DNA of 64,000 nucleotides, taken from positions 96,001 to 160,000 of the forward strand of contig CBDBZY010000003.1 of assembly GCA_965213685.1 (NCBI GenBank), written 5' to 3'. The position numbers were made by a program, and so were the translations under genes. Source of the stretch: a bacterium (GTDB lineage: Bacteria; UBA8248). The number at the start of each line of letters is the position of its first letter. Position 1 is the first letter of the stretch. Positions 38,037 to 48,248 of this stretch are shown piece by piece. The notes under the pieces are model-generated. The model searched no databases. It was not told the origin of the DNA and was given only the letters and a program-made list of their open reading frames with translations.

Positions 38037-39923
38037 ATGAAGCAGTTAATTCTGACGGGAACGGATTCCATACAGAGTGCGCACGAAGCGGAGCATCTGG
38101 GCCCCTGGTCGCTTTCCGACGCCCAGTTTTTTCAGTGGGGATGGGAGAAGCGCGGAATCGGGCGCGCCGTCCGGCACGAGGACATTCTGCCCGTCTCGAG
38201 AAGTCTGGAGAGGGTTTGTGAATTTTATATCGCCCGCTTGAGTTGTCGGCAGAACGAGAGGCATCGCCGTTCTTACTCCAATCGGTATTGGCGCATGTTG
38301 CTGGTGTCATGGCTGCTTCGATTGGTCATGTCTTCTTTCGAGCGGTTTTTGCGAATCAGGAAGCGGATACAAGGCGGGACGCCGTATTTGGTGTATCTTG
38401 CCCCGCGGCTAGAGAGTTTCCCGTCCCTTGCGACCTCCCATTTTAATGCGCTGATGCTCGCCGATCCGCTGAACCGGCTTATTTTCAGCCGTTTTCTCCG
38501 CGCGTATCAGCCGGAGGGGTGGATCATGCGGGACGGTCCCCCTGCCGCAAGGGATGGATTCTCCCTTGGGGGGGTGCCCCGAAATGGCTCCGCACCGGAC
38601 CACCTCGCCAAATTCCGGAAGGTGCAAAGAAAGCTGGAAATGTATCAGTGGGCCAACATCCTGGCCTCCAACCTGGGATGCGTCCAGTTTCAGAGGGTAT
38701 ATGGCCTGAATCCGTTGGACAGCGTGTCCATCGCTCTCCGGATGCTGTTCCGCAACAGAAGGCGTTGGAGAAGTGCCGCAAAATCATTTCATCCAGAGTC
38801 CGGCGGAGAGAAGGAAAACATCTCGAAGGATGATGCGATGGGGGAAATCCGGTCGATTCAAGGGATAGATGCGAAAGAAGCCGGGATTTTCCTGGAGGTT
38901 GTGGACGGCCTCGTGGAGGAGACGATGCCGAAATCGTTCACGGACAATTTTCGCGAAAACGAGAAGAAGGCGTTGAGGAGGGTGAAGGCGACAGCCCCTT
39001 GGACGGACACCGTCGTCTGCGGCGGCCCCGTTTTCGGCGATGACGACCGGGAGAAGTTTTATATAGCCAGCCTGTTGGAGAGACGCCCGATAAAGCTGGC
39101 GATCAACCAGCACGGAGGAAATTACGGCCTCAGCGAGGCGACGCCGTGGCAAAGTCTCGTGGAGTATGAAACGGCGGACAGGTTCATATCATGGGGGTGG
39201 AAGCGTCAATCGGATTATCCGGTGACCGCCGTGCCGGCCTCCTCTCCCCTGCTTTCCAAAATGAAGAAAAGCCGAAAGCGCAATTCCTCCATCGTTTTGG
39301 TGGCCCCCGGCCTGCCTGCGTATTCGGGATTGCTGCATACGGAACATTTCCCTGAGGATGTTGCGCAGCATATGGCGGACAAGGCGAATTTCGTGCGTCA
39401 CCTCAACGACGCGCCGCGCTCCGTCCTGCTGTATAGACCACATATAACGAGTGCTAGCAGGCGGAACGCTGCGCTCTACATGGAGAGAAGTCTTGGCGTA
39501 GAAATTCTCCAGGGGAAATTGGTGGCACCCCTCTCGGGGCGGCTGTCCCCTGCGCTATCGCAGTGCGGGGTTTGCGTTCTGCAGTATCCGGGAACGACGG
39601 CCGCGTTCACGATGGCGGCGGGCATACCGACCGTCTTGTTCTGGGACAAGGATGTTTGGCGCTTTTCCCGGCAGGGGCGGGCCGCTCTGGAAAAACTGTC
39701 CGCGGCGAACGTCTATCACGCATCCCCGGAGAGTGCGGCGCGGCACCTGAACGCCGTCTGGCCGGATGTGGATGCGTGGTGGGAGGATGACGCGACGCAG
39801 GCAGCGGTGGGCGAATTTGCGAATCGCTACTACCGGAGCAGCAAGAACTGGCGCTCGGAGTGGGCGGACCTGCTCTCCTCGGCGGATTCGGAATTGTGGC
39901 GGGACGGGTCGGGGGCGCGCTGA
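38037..39923 (+). CDS. Putative surface-glycan transferase (LIC12162-like family)
   Basis: HLGPW, RYWR.LL..WL, QHGGNYG, DRFISWGW, YRPH, PT.LFW, SPESAA..LN.VW.DV..WW; glycan-cluster context. Confidence 0.65.
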   Translation: MKQLILTGTDSIQSAHEAEHLGPWSLSDAQFFQWGWEKRGIGRAVRHEDILPVSRSLERVCEFYIARLSCRQNERHRRSYSNRYWRMLLVSWLLRLVMSSFERFLRIRKRIQGGTPYLVYLAPRLESFPSLATSHFNALMLADPLNRLIFSRFLRAYQPEGWIMRDGPPAARDGFSLGGVPRNGSAPDHLAKFRKVQRKLEMYQWANILASNLGCVQFQRVYGLNPLDSVSIALRMLFRNRRRWRSAAKSFHPESGGEKENISKDDAMGEIRSIQGIDAKEAGIFLEVVDGLVEETMPKSFTDNFRENEKKALRRVKATAPWTDTVVCGGPVFGDDDREKFYIASLLERRPIKLAINQHGGNYGLSEATPWQSLVEYETADRFISWGWKRQSDYPVTAVPASSPLLSKMKKSRKRNSSIVLVAPGLPAYSGLLHTEHFPEDVAQHMADKANFVRHLNDAPRSVLLYRPHITSASRRNAALYMERSLGVEILQGKLVAPLSGRLSPALSQCGVCVLQYPGTTAAFTMAAGIPTVLFWDKDVWRFSRQGRAALEKLSAANVYHASPESAARHLNAVWPDVDAWWEDDATQAAVGEFANRYYRSSKNWRSEWADLLSSADSELWRDGSGAR

Positions 39924-41257
39924 TGGCCAGGGTATCGCTTGCGACAGGGCTGTTCGGCGATTTCGATGTGGCGGACGAGCAGCTGGCCGGCGTGTATGGC
40001 CCCGCCGCACCGAAGTGCGCGGGCCTGGATGACGGGGAGCTGCGGGCGCGGATTCGGAACCCGATTGGCACCCCCCCTCTGCGGAAGATGGCCGGGGGTG
40101 CGAGGAGGGTGCTGATCGTCACGGACGACAATACGCGCCATACCCCTCTGCATCGCGTGCTCCCGCCCATCCTGGAGGAACTCGCCGAGGCGGGCGTTCC
40201 GGATGCGTCCATCCGCATCCTGATCGGGTTGGGGACGCATCGCGCCATGACGGAGTCGGAGATACGGCGCAAATTCGGCGCCGATTTGGTCGCGCGGTTC
40301 CGGATTCGGAACCATGAGTGGGAAAACCCCCGGGCGCTGATTTCCCTGGGGCCCAGCGGGCTGGGCTTTGACGTGCGGATGAACAGGGAAGTTCTGGAGA
40401 CGGATTTCCTCATATCCGTCGGCAGCATCATCCCGCACGCGACCGCAGGGTTCTCCGGCGGGGCGAAGAGCGTCATGCCCGGCATTTGCGGGGAATCGAC
40501 GATAGAGGCCACCCATTGGGCGGCACTGGATTATGAGATGAGCGAGATTCTCGGCAATTTCGACAACAAGGTGCGGGAGGCGTGCGTGCGCGTCGCCCGC
40601 CAGGCCGGCGTCCGCTTTATGGTCAACACGATCATGATGGACGACGAAAGAATGTATGACGCGGTGGCGGGCGACGTGGAGTCCGCCCATCAGGTGGGAT
40701 GCGACCGGTGCCTGGAATTGTACGGGGTGCCGGTGGACGGGAAGGCGGAGGTGGTCGTGGCGGAGGCCTGGCCGTCCGACATTGATCTGCGCCAGGCCAT
40801 CAAGGCCGTCTGTTCGGCGGATGTTGTCTGCCGGGACGGGGGGGTTATCATACTGGCCGCGGATTGCCGCGAGGGCGTCTCTCCCCAGTTCCCGAACTTC
40901 GAACGCTACGGATTCCGGGACCCGGACGCCCTGTATCGCGCGGTGGAGGCGGGCGAATTTCGGGAGAAACTCCTCGCCTACACGCTGGTCGCGATTGGCA
41001 GAATCATCTCGAAGAGGGTGAAGGGCGTGCTCGTTTCTCCCCATATTCAGCGCGAGGAGGCGAACCGCATGGGGTTCGGCTGGTCCGGCTCCCTGCAGGC
41101 TGCGGTGGATGACGCCCTGGGGATGGCGGGCGCGGACGCGAAAGTGATGGCGCTTCGGCAGGCGGGGCAGATCATGCCCCTGATTCCGGGAGCTTCGAAA
41201 AAATGCGCATCTGACGATAGGCAGGAAGAACGTCCGACGAGAGGGGCAAAGAGATGA
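39923..41257 (+). CDS. larA: LarA-family nickel-pincer-dependent 2-hydroxyacid racemase/epimerase
   Basis: NPIGTPPL, DDNTR, GLGTHRAM, NHEW, PHATAGFSGGAKS..PGI, TH, QAIK, GGVIILAADC.EG. Confidence 0.88.
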   Translation: MARVSLATGLFGDFDVADEQLAGVYGPAAPKCAGLDDGELRARIRNPIGTPPLRKMAGGARRVLIVTDDNTRHTPLHRVLPPILEELAEAGVPDASIRILIGLGTHRAMTESEIRRKFGADLVARFRIRNHEWENPRALISLGPSGLGFDVRMNREVLETDFLISVGSIIPHATAGFSGGAKSVMPGICGESTIEATHWAALDYEMSEILGNFDNKVREACVRVARQAGVRFMVNTIMMDDERMYDAVAGDVESAHQVGCDRCLELYGVPVDGKAEVVVAEAWPSDIDLRQAIKAVCSADVVCRDGGVIILAADCREGVSPQFPNFERYGFRDPDALYRAVEAGEFREKLLAYTLVAIGRIISKRVKGVLVSPHIQREEANRMGFGWSGSLQAAVDDALGMAGADAKVMALRQAGQIMPLIPGASKKCASDDRQEERPTRGAKR

Positions 41258-42846
41258 TAGTCGCCGTCATACCGGCCAAACGGCACTCCAGTCGACTGGA
41301 GGACAAGAACCTCTTGGAGATCAACGGCGCCTCTCTCGTCGCCCATGCGGTGCGCTACGCGAAGAGGTTCCGGAGCATCGAGAGGATCGTCGTATCGACC
41401 GATTCGGAGGAGATTGCCGGCATTGGCAGGCGATGCGGCGCGGACGTTCATTTTCGGGGCGAGGAGCTGGCCGGCGAGGCGCCCCTCATTGAGGTGTATC
41501 GGGCCGTCGCGGACGCCCTGGGCGGGGAGGAGGTCTCTTTCGTCGTCGGGATTCAGCCCGACAATCCGACCCGGAAAAGCGACGTCGACAGCCTGCTGCG
41601 GTATGTCAGAGACAACCAGATAGACGATCTGTGCACGGTGGGCCGGGATGGAAAGCGGAACGGGGCGCTGCGCATCATGAGCAGGAGGGCCTTGACGCTG
41701 ACCCCGCCCTTGTATCCGTCTGCCGTTCAGGATGACTGCATCAACATCCATTCCGCCTTTGACCTCGCCATGTCCGCGCACGAGATGAGTCCGTATTCCA
41801 GGGAAATTTCCGTCGGAAGCAAAATGGTGGGCGCGGGCCATCCCGCCTTTCTCATCGCGGAGGCCGCCTGCAACCACATGTGCGACATGGGGCTGGCCAG
41901 GGAGATGATAGACTCGGCCGCGGAGGCCGGGGCGGACGCGATCAAGTTCCAGACCTACAAGGCGGAGCGCCTGACCCGCAAGGAGGCCACGACCTACTGG
42001 AAGGGGAAGCGGATACCGCAAATAGAGTATTATCGCGCACTGGATCGTTTTGGCGCGCCCGAGTACGAGGAACTTTTCGCCTATGCCCTGGAGCGGAATA
42101 TCGTCCCCTTCTCCACGCCGTTCGACGTCGAGAGCGCCACGATGCTGAACGATCTCGGCATGTCGCTTTTCAAGATAGCCTCGTGCGATCTGCCCGACAG
42201 CCGGTTGTTGCGGTGCGTGGCCGGTTTCGGCAAGCCCGTCATCCTTTCGACCGGCGGATCAACGGTGGAGGAGGTGGAGCGGGCCGTCTCCACGATTCTC
42301 GCCACGGGCAACCACCAGCTCATGCTCATGGCCTGCATGCTGAGCTATCCCACGACGGACGAGGACGCGAACCTCCTGCGCGTGCGCGCCTTGCGGGAGA
42401 AATATCCTGGCCTCATCATTGGCCTGTCCGATCACACGGAGCCGGACGGGCACATGGTCATCCCCGCCCTGAGCGTGGCTCTCGGCGCGAAAGTCATTGA
42501 AAAGCACTATACGCTGGATCGGGAATTGACGGGTTCGGGACACTTTTTTTCGATGAATCCGAAGGACTTGCGGAAGATGGTGGAAAACGTTCGCCTCGCG
42601 GAGACCGTCCTGGGCAGCGACGCGCTTGGGGTCGCCGAGCGCGAGCGCGCCGCCCGCGACAGCGCGCGGCGCAGCATCGTCGCCGAGCGGGACATTCAGC
42701 CCGGCGAGAGGATAGAGTCCTCCATGCTGGGCATGAAGCGGCCCGCCGACGGTCTTCCGGGCTGGATGATCGACGAGTTGATCGGCAAGGAGGCGCGGGT
42801 GCGCATCCAGGCGGACGAGGCGCTCTCCCTGGATATGGTGGAGTAG
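41254..42846 (+). CDS. Fusion of a cytidylyltransferase (NeuA-like) and NeuB-family synthase #2
   Basis: N-terminal IPAKRHSSRL.DKN, VSTD; C-terminal IAEAACNH, GADAIKFQ, KIAS, GLSDHT, EKHYT, KRP. Confidence 0.88.
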   Translation: MIVAVIPAKRHSSRLEDKNLLEINGASLVAHAVRYAKRFRSIERIVVSTDSEEIAGIGRRCGADVHFRGEELAGEAPLIEVYRAVADALGGEEVSFVVGIQPDNPTRKSDVDSLLRYVRDNQIDDLCTVGRDGKRNGALRIMSRRALTLTPPLYPSAVQDDCINIHSAFDLAMSAHEMSPYSREISVGSKMVGAGHPAFLIAEAACNHMCDMGLAREMIDSAAEAGADAIKFQTYKAERLTRKEATTYWKGKRIPQIEYYRALDRFGAPEYEELFAYALERNIVPFSTPFDVESATMLNDLGMSLFKIASCDLPDSRLLRCVAGFGKPVILSTGGSTVEEVERAVSTILATGNHQLMLMACMLSYPTTDEDANLLRVRALREKYPGLIIGLSDHTEPDGHMVIPALSVALGAKVIEKHYTLDRELTGSGHFFSMNPKDLRKMVENVRLAETVLGSDALGVAERERAARDSARRSIVAERDIQPGERIESSMLGMKRPADGLPGWMIDELIGKEARVRIQADEALSLDMVE

Positions 42847-42888
42847 CCGTGACTTTTGCGCTCCTGGCGGCGGGTGGGTGCATTCGGC

Positions 42889-44330
42889 ATGCCTAAAATC
42901 ACGGTCTACATTCCCACGTACAACTATGCGCATTTCCTGGACGCCGCGATCCGCAGCGTGTTGAACCAGACCCTGGACGATTGGGAGCTGATCGTCATTG
43001 ACGACGGCTCGACCGACAACACTCCGGAGGTCTTGGAGGCGTATCGGGACCATCCCCAAATCCGCATTCTGGAACAAGAGAACAAGGGCCTGAATTTCAC
43101 GAACAACATCGCCTTGCGCATCGCGCGGGGCGAATATCTGATGCGCCTGGACGCGGATGATTTTCTGGACGAGAACATTCTAAAGGTTCTCGCCGACGTC
43201 CTCGACGCGAAGCCGGACGTGGGCCTGGTGTTTCCGGATTATTATCGGGTGGACGAGGCCGGGGAGGTTATCGACCTCGTTCGCTGCCAGAAGATAGGGG
43301 AGGAGGTCGAGCTGCTGGACCTCCCGGCCCATGGCGCGTGCACCATGATCCGCAAGGAAGTGCTGGTCGAAATCGGGGGATATTTCGAGGAGTTCAACCG
43401 GCAGGACGGCTACGGCATGTGGCTGAAATTCATTCAGCGGCACCGCCCCTACAACGTGAACTTGCCCCTGTTTTACTATCGGCAGCATGGCGACAGCCTC
43501 TCGAAGTCGCGGAAGCTTATCCTGGAAACGCGCCGCAAGATCAAAAGGCGGGTCGTGGAGGAGATGAACCTCTATCGCCCACCCAGGGTTCTCGGGCTCG
43601 TTCCCGTCGTCGTGGACGCGGAATTCACCCTCGGGAATCCGTTCACGGAATTTCTGGGCAAACCGCTGCTGGAGCGGACGCTGGAGCAAATCCGGGAGGC
43701 GGGCACCATCGAGAGGATAGCCGTATCCTCCAACGATGCGGACGTGCTGGGGTATGTCGGCGGACTGGAGGGGGTGGACGCCATCACCCGGCCCCCGGCG
43801 TTGACGAGACGCACCTCCAGAATCTCGGACATAGCGTCCCACGCCTTGCGGACGATGGCCGGGGAGTGCGCGTATGTCCCCGCGACGCCGTTTGCATATG
43901 CCACATCAACACCCCCTTCCGGAGGGGGCGGCATATCGACAAGGCCGTGGACACCATGACCATTTTCGGCGTGGATTCGGTGATATCCATCGCCGAGGAC
44001 ACCTCTTTTTTCTACCATCACGGGAAGAACGGGCTCGTCCCCGTCAATGGTTCCCACCAGCGGACTGTGCGCCTGGAGAGAAAAGCGTTGTTCAAGGAAA
44101 ACGGGGCGATTTACCTCACCCGGTCGGATTGGATACAGGCGGGAAAATTCTTCGGAGAGAAGATAGGGCATATCACGATGCTTCCCGAGGAGAGCGTCAA
44201 GATTCGCTCGGAGTATGAATTCTGGCTGGCCGAGAAAATCGCGGCGGACTGGATGGGCATGGGGGGAGCCGACGGCTCTCCCGGCAAGAAAAATCCGCGA
44301 GGCCCGCTCCGCCAGAGCGCGAAAATCTAG
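42889..44330 (+). CDS. Fusion of a GT2 glycosyltransferase and a cytidylyltransferase-like domain (frameshift near 43880)
   Basis: IPTYN, IDDGSTD, RLDADD, YRQH; then GKPLL, VSSND, RP, TPFR, ENGAIY, ESVKI in a second frame. Confidence 0.8.
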
Positions 44331-44340
44331 GGGAAGGGCG

Positions 44341-46254
44341 GTGTTCCAACCGAAGGCGTCTAGGATAGACGTCCTTTTTTTTGAGAGCTATTCATTCTCG
44401 AAAGTCATCCTGCATGCGAAGAGCATCAGGAACGCGAAGGTTGTCCTGATTTTTCGGGACACCTACCTCGGGGATCGGCACTACGAATCCGCAAGGCAAA
44501 AATCCGTCCGCAGATTGGTGAGTTGGATCAATCCCGGGGCACAGGTGCGCGCCATTCGGATGGAGGAAGTGGCGGCGCGCCTTTTTGGCGCGAGTGCGGA
44601 GGCGGTAGAGCTGCTCGAGGCGGAAAAAGACCGCATCCGGACAACGGCGTCATACAGGCTGCTGTATGGCGTCGTGCGCAGCGAACGCATCGTCAAATTC
44701 TATCAGATGTGGCTGGTGCGGAGGCTTCCCTACAGGTATGTGGGCGCCAAGCTTTGCGAGGTGCTGAGGGAGGAAAACGAAAACGTTGTCGCCGTTTCGG
44801 ATGGGAGCATGGAGTTTTGGAGAGGTGCGCATCCGCTGTTGCGCGGCCTCGGCGATGACGGCGTTTCGGCCTGGTCGCGTTTTGTGGCGAGGGCAACGAA
44901 CATGCTCCGGGCGCATGGCTGGCGCCTGGCGTCCCTGCTCCTGCCTGGCGTCCTTTTCTTGCGGCATATCAGAAATGGCCGGGTTTCCTCCGCATCCCCG
45001 CGCTACGCATTGGCCATGCCCGTGATGCACGGCGTTTTCGATGGGGGCAAGGTGCGCACCAGGGATATCCGAACCCAGCAGGACGACGCGTATTTGTATG
45101 GCCACGGGTTTCGGCCCGGGGAGATCGTTCATGTGTTTGGCGGTTGGAAGTTCCCGCCGAAGGTCAAAAAAGAATTTGCGGGGGAAATGCGAAGGCGAGG
45201 CTACCCCTATGTGGACAAAGACGGCTATGGCGTGAATCTGGCGCTACTTCGCTTTACCTTGGCGTGCACATGGCGCATCGCAAAGAGCCTCGCGCGCGCA
45301 CCGGGTGCCAGCTGGTTGTCGGCGACGATGGAGAAAGCGACCACAAAGGCACTGTATCACTATATCCTGAAACAATACGAGATGGAGAACGTGAAGTACG
45401 ACGTCGAGCTGGTTCGGGATGAATACAACGCAGGCCACGTCCTGGAATCCATCGTTGCGAATCGAGATGGCAGAAAGAGAATTGGCGTAGTGCATTCGGG
45501 AACCATCCACAGCAAACCGGAAAACAGCTTTGTTCACCTGGACAAGCTGATGGTTCTGTGCAGGCTGCATGCGAAGACCTTCTCCCCGCATTGGAAGGGC
45601 ATGGCGTTGGAGGAAGTGGGAAGACACACCATGGATTCCCTGCTCGCGGAATCCGGGAACCGGGGAAAAATCGTCGCGGACATACACCGCCTCCATGGGA
45701 AGCGGAGGTGGGTGATCACCATTCTTCTTCCCGGAGTCGGCGCCCACAACATGCTGGAGCAATGGGACAAGCTGTTCGAGGCTTTGGTGAATTTTCAGCA
45801 CCAAAGGCTGGATTGCCACGTATTCATCCGTTTCAGACGATTCGATGATGCGAAAAGCGCCAGGCATATCAGTCGATTTTTCGACCTCCCTGAGGTAGAT
45901 TCTCGGTTCATCATCGAGCATGAGAGGTGGAACACGCACCAGTTGATGGTTGGCAGCGATCTCGTGATCACGCCGAGCTCCTCCTGGGGAATCAATGAGG
46001 CTTCCGTTGTGGGGGCCCGGGTATTTACTTTTTTGTTTATCGGCATGGAGCCTTACAATTTCAGGGACTATGGATCGGATTTCGTTCTTCGGGACGCCAA
46101 GGACGTGCTCGACGCCTTTCAGGGACTGGAGTCCGGTTTCGAGGGGTTCGATTGTGCCTGGGAGCGCTTGCGGATGGATTCGGACTACCATTTCGACGGC
46201 AAAAACACCGGGCGCATGGCAAGCGTATTGAGACGGGAGATGCAAGCCTCTTGA
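44341..46254 (+). CDS. Large uncharacterised surface-carbohydrate biosynthesis protein (GT-B-like C-terminus)
   Basis: Long ORF in the operon; C-terminal SDLVITPSSS..INEA..G resembles a GT-B nucleotide-binding helix; family not recognised. Confidence 0.55.
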   Translation: MFQPKASRIDVLFFESYSFSKVILHAKSIRNAKVVLIFRDTYLGDRHYESARQKSVRRLVSWINPGAQVRAIRMEEVAARLFGASAEAVELLEAEKDRIRTTASYRLLYGVVRSERIVKFYQMWLVRRLPYRYVGAKLCEVLREENENVVAVSDGSMEFWRGAHPLLRGLGDDGVSAWSRFVARATNMLRAHGWRLASLLLPGVLFLRHIRNGRVSSASPRYALAMPVMHGVFDGGKVRTRDIRTQQDDAYLYGHGFRPGEIVHVFGGWKFPPKVKKEFAGEMRRRGYPYVDKDGYGVNLALLRFTLACTWRIAKSLARAPGASWLSATMEKATTKALYHYILKQYEMENVKYDVELVRDEYNAGHVLESIVANRDGRKRIGVVHSGTIHSKPENSFVHLDKLMVLCRLHAKTFSPHWKGMALEEVGRHTMDSLLAESGNRGKIVADIHRLHGKRRWVITILLPGVGAHNMLEQWDKLFEALVNFQHQRLDCHVFIRFRRFDDAKSARHISRFFDLPEVDSRFIIEHERWNTHQLMVGSDLVITPSSSWGINEASVVGARVFTFLFIGMEPYNFRDYGSDFVLRDAKDVLDAFQGLESGFEGFDCAWERLRMDSDYHFDGKNTGRMASVLRREMQAS

Positions 46255-46390
46255 GCGGGTTCGGGGGCGACGTGGGCGATTGCGCGGATGCCGGCAGGCC
46301 GCATGCGCAGCGGGGCAGCGACCGGAGGCGCTTCGTTTGCCCTGTGCCGTCTGGACGTGCGGGGAATCCCCTCCTCCGGTGAAAGAACAT

Positions 46391-48154
46391 ATGCGGAACG
46401 AAAAACTGAAACATATCCTCTACCTCGCCCGGAACGACAAGGGTTTCCTGCTCTTGTATTTTCTTATCCTTGTTTTGGCGACGATGTTCGAGAGCATGGG
46501 GCTGGGCATGCTGATGCCCATATTTCAATCCATGGGAGGAGCCGAGACGAACCACTTCTTTACGGCATACGCCATGTGGGGATTCGGATTGGTGGGCCTG
46601 GAGTATTCGTTCACGAACCTCATCCTCGTCTTCTCCGCCGCAACGCTTGTCAAATACGCCCTGGTCGCGGTTTCCATGCGCTGCGCGCGGTTGATCAGCT
46701 CGAGAGCCACATACGATCTGAGGGAGAGAGCCTTTCGGAACCTCATGAATCTTCCGCTCTCGTTTTTTTACTCCCAGAAGGTGGGCGACCTTGTCGCCGT
46801 CCAGTTTACCTCTGCGAACAATGCCGGCGTGATTCTGGAATATGCGATGCTCATCATGAGCGGCATTTTTTTCTGCACCCTGTATTTGGCGATGAATTTG
46901 ATGGTGTCCTTCTGGCTGACCGTCATCGTCGTTGGCCTGTCGGCCGTCTCGTATCTTTTCCTGCTCCCGCGTTTTCAAAGCGCATATGGAGGAGGGAAGA
47001 AGGAATCGCAAGGCATGGAGAACATCAATTCCTATCTCTATGACGTCTTCTCCGGAATCAAAACGGTAAAGGTGTTCGGAAACGCCAGGCACCACGTCGA
47101 TAATTACGGACGCCACGCGGACGATTATCGTCGGGTCTGCATCCAGATCATGGACAACAGGATTATCGCGTCATTGTTTCACGAGCCGCTGTTTTTTATT
47201 TTCATGGTTCTTTGTCTGGTTCTGTCCGTTCAATTTCTGGAGCTCCCCTTCGTCACCCTTGCCGTGTTCCTCGTCATCTTCTTGCAGGTCATTCCCAAGC
47301 TGAAGGTGATATGCAACCAGTGGGTCAAGGTCAACGAACTCATCCCGCACCTGTTGCTCATCCTCGAATGCGGGGAAAGGAAGCGCAAGACGTATTTGCC
47401 GGAGGGATGCGCTCCCCTTGGCGTCCTGGAGAAGGGAGTGCGGTTTGAGGACGTCTCGTTTTCGTATCCCGGGGTGCAAAACAGCACGCTGAGCGGGATA
47501 AGCGTCTTGGTCGAGCAAGGCAAGACAACGGCCCTCGTCGGCTCCTCCGGAGGCGGGAAAACCACGCTTGTCGATCTGTTCCTGCGTCTTCACGACCCCT
47601 CGCGCGGGGTCATCTATGTGGATGACGTGGATTTGCGGGATGTTCCCCTGGCGGAATGGCGAAGTCGAATCGGGGTGGTGGAGCAGGAGCCGCATCTTTT
47701 TCACGATACGGTGTATAACAACATCCGCTATGGAAATCTCGACGCGGACGAGGGGCAAGTGCGCAAGGCCGCGGAAACCGCATGTGCCCATGCATACATA
47801 GAAAAGCTGCCGGAAGGATACGAGACGATCATCGGCAACCGGGGGTTCAGGTTGTCCGGAGGCCAAAAACAGCGTCTGGCACTCGCAAGAGCCCTGGTCC
47901 GCTCTCCCCAGATACTGGTTCTGGACGAGGCGACGAGTTCGCTCGACAGCGAGTCCGAGCATCTCATCCAGACGGCTGTGCAGGAGCTCAGCGGGCGGAT
48001 GACCATCCTGATCGTCGCCCATCGTCTTTCTACGATAAGGAATGCGGACAGGATTTTCGTTCTCGATGGCGGCCGAGTCGTTCAGGAGGGCGACCATGCG
48101 GCTCTCATCGGGGGGGAAGGCCGATACAGGGAATTCATGGAATTGCAGTCTTGA
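46391..48154 (+). CDS. ABC half-transporter (PglK/Wzk/MsbA-like glycan flippase)
   Basis: N-terminal TM domain, GSSGGGKTT, LSGGQKQR, LDEATSSLD, AHRLST. Confidence 0.9.
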   Translation: MRNEKLKHILYLARNDKGFLLLYFLILVLATMFESMGLGMLMPIFQSMGGAETNHFFTAYAMWGFGLVGLEYSFTNLILVFSAATLVKYALVAVSMRCARLISSRATYDLRERAFRNLMNLPLSFFYSQKVGDLVAVQFTSANNAGVILEYAMLIMSGIFFCTLYLAMNLMVSFWLTVIVVGLSAVSYLFLLPRFQSAYGGGKKESQGMENINSYLYDVFSGIKTVKVFGNARHHVDNYGRHADDYRRVCIQIMDNRIIASLFHEPLFFIFMVLCLVLSVQFLELPFVTLAVFLVIFLQVIPKLKVICNQWVKVNELIPHLLLILECGERKRKTYLPEGCAPLGVLEKGVRFEDVSFSYPGVQNSTLSGISVLVEQGKTTALVGSSGGGKTTLVDLFLRLHDPSRGVIYVDDVDLRDVPLAEWRSRIGVVEQEPHLFHDTVYNNIRYGNLDADEGQVRKAAETACAHAYIEKLPEGYETIIGNRGFRLSGGQKQRLALARALVRSPQILVLDEATSSLDSESEHLIQTAVQELSGRMTILIVAHRLSTIRNADRIFVLDGGRVVQEGDHAALIGGEGRYREFMELQS

Positions 48155-48248
48155 CGCGCCTCGGGAGCCGTCCGGGGCATCGAGCCGGCCTTGCATCAGG
48201 ATGGACGGGCGAGACATACGCCGATTTTGCAGATAGAGGGGTCTAGGC

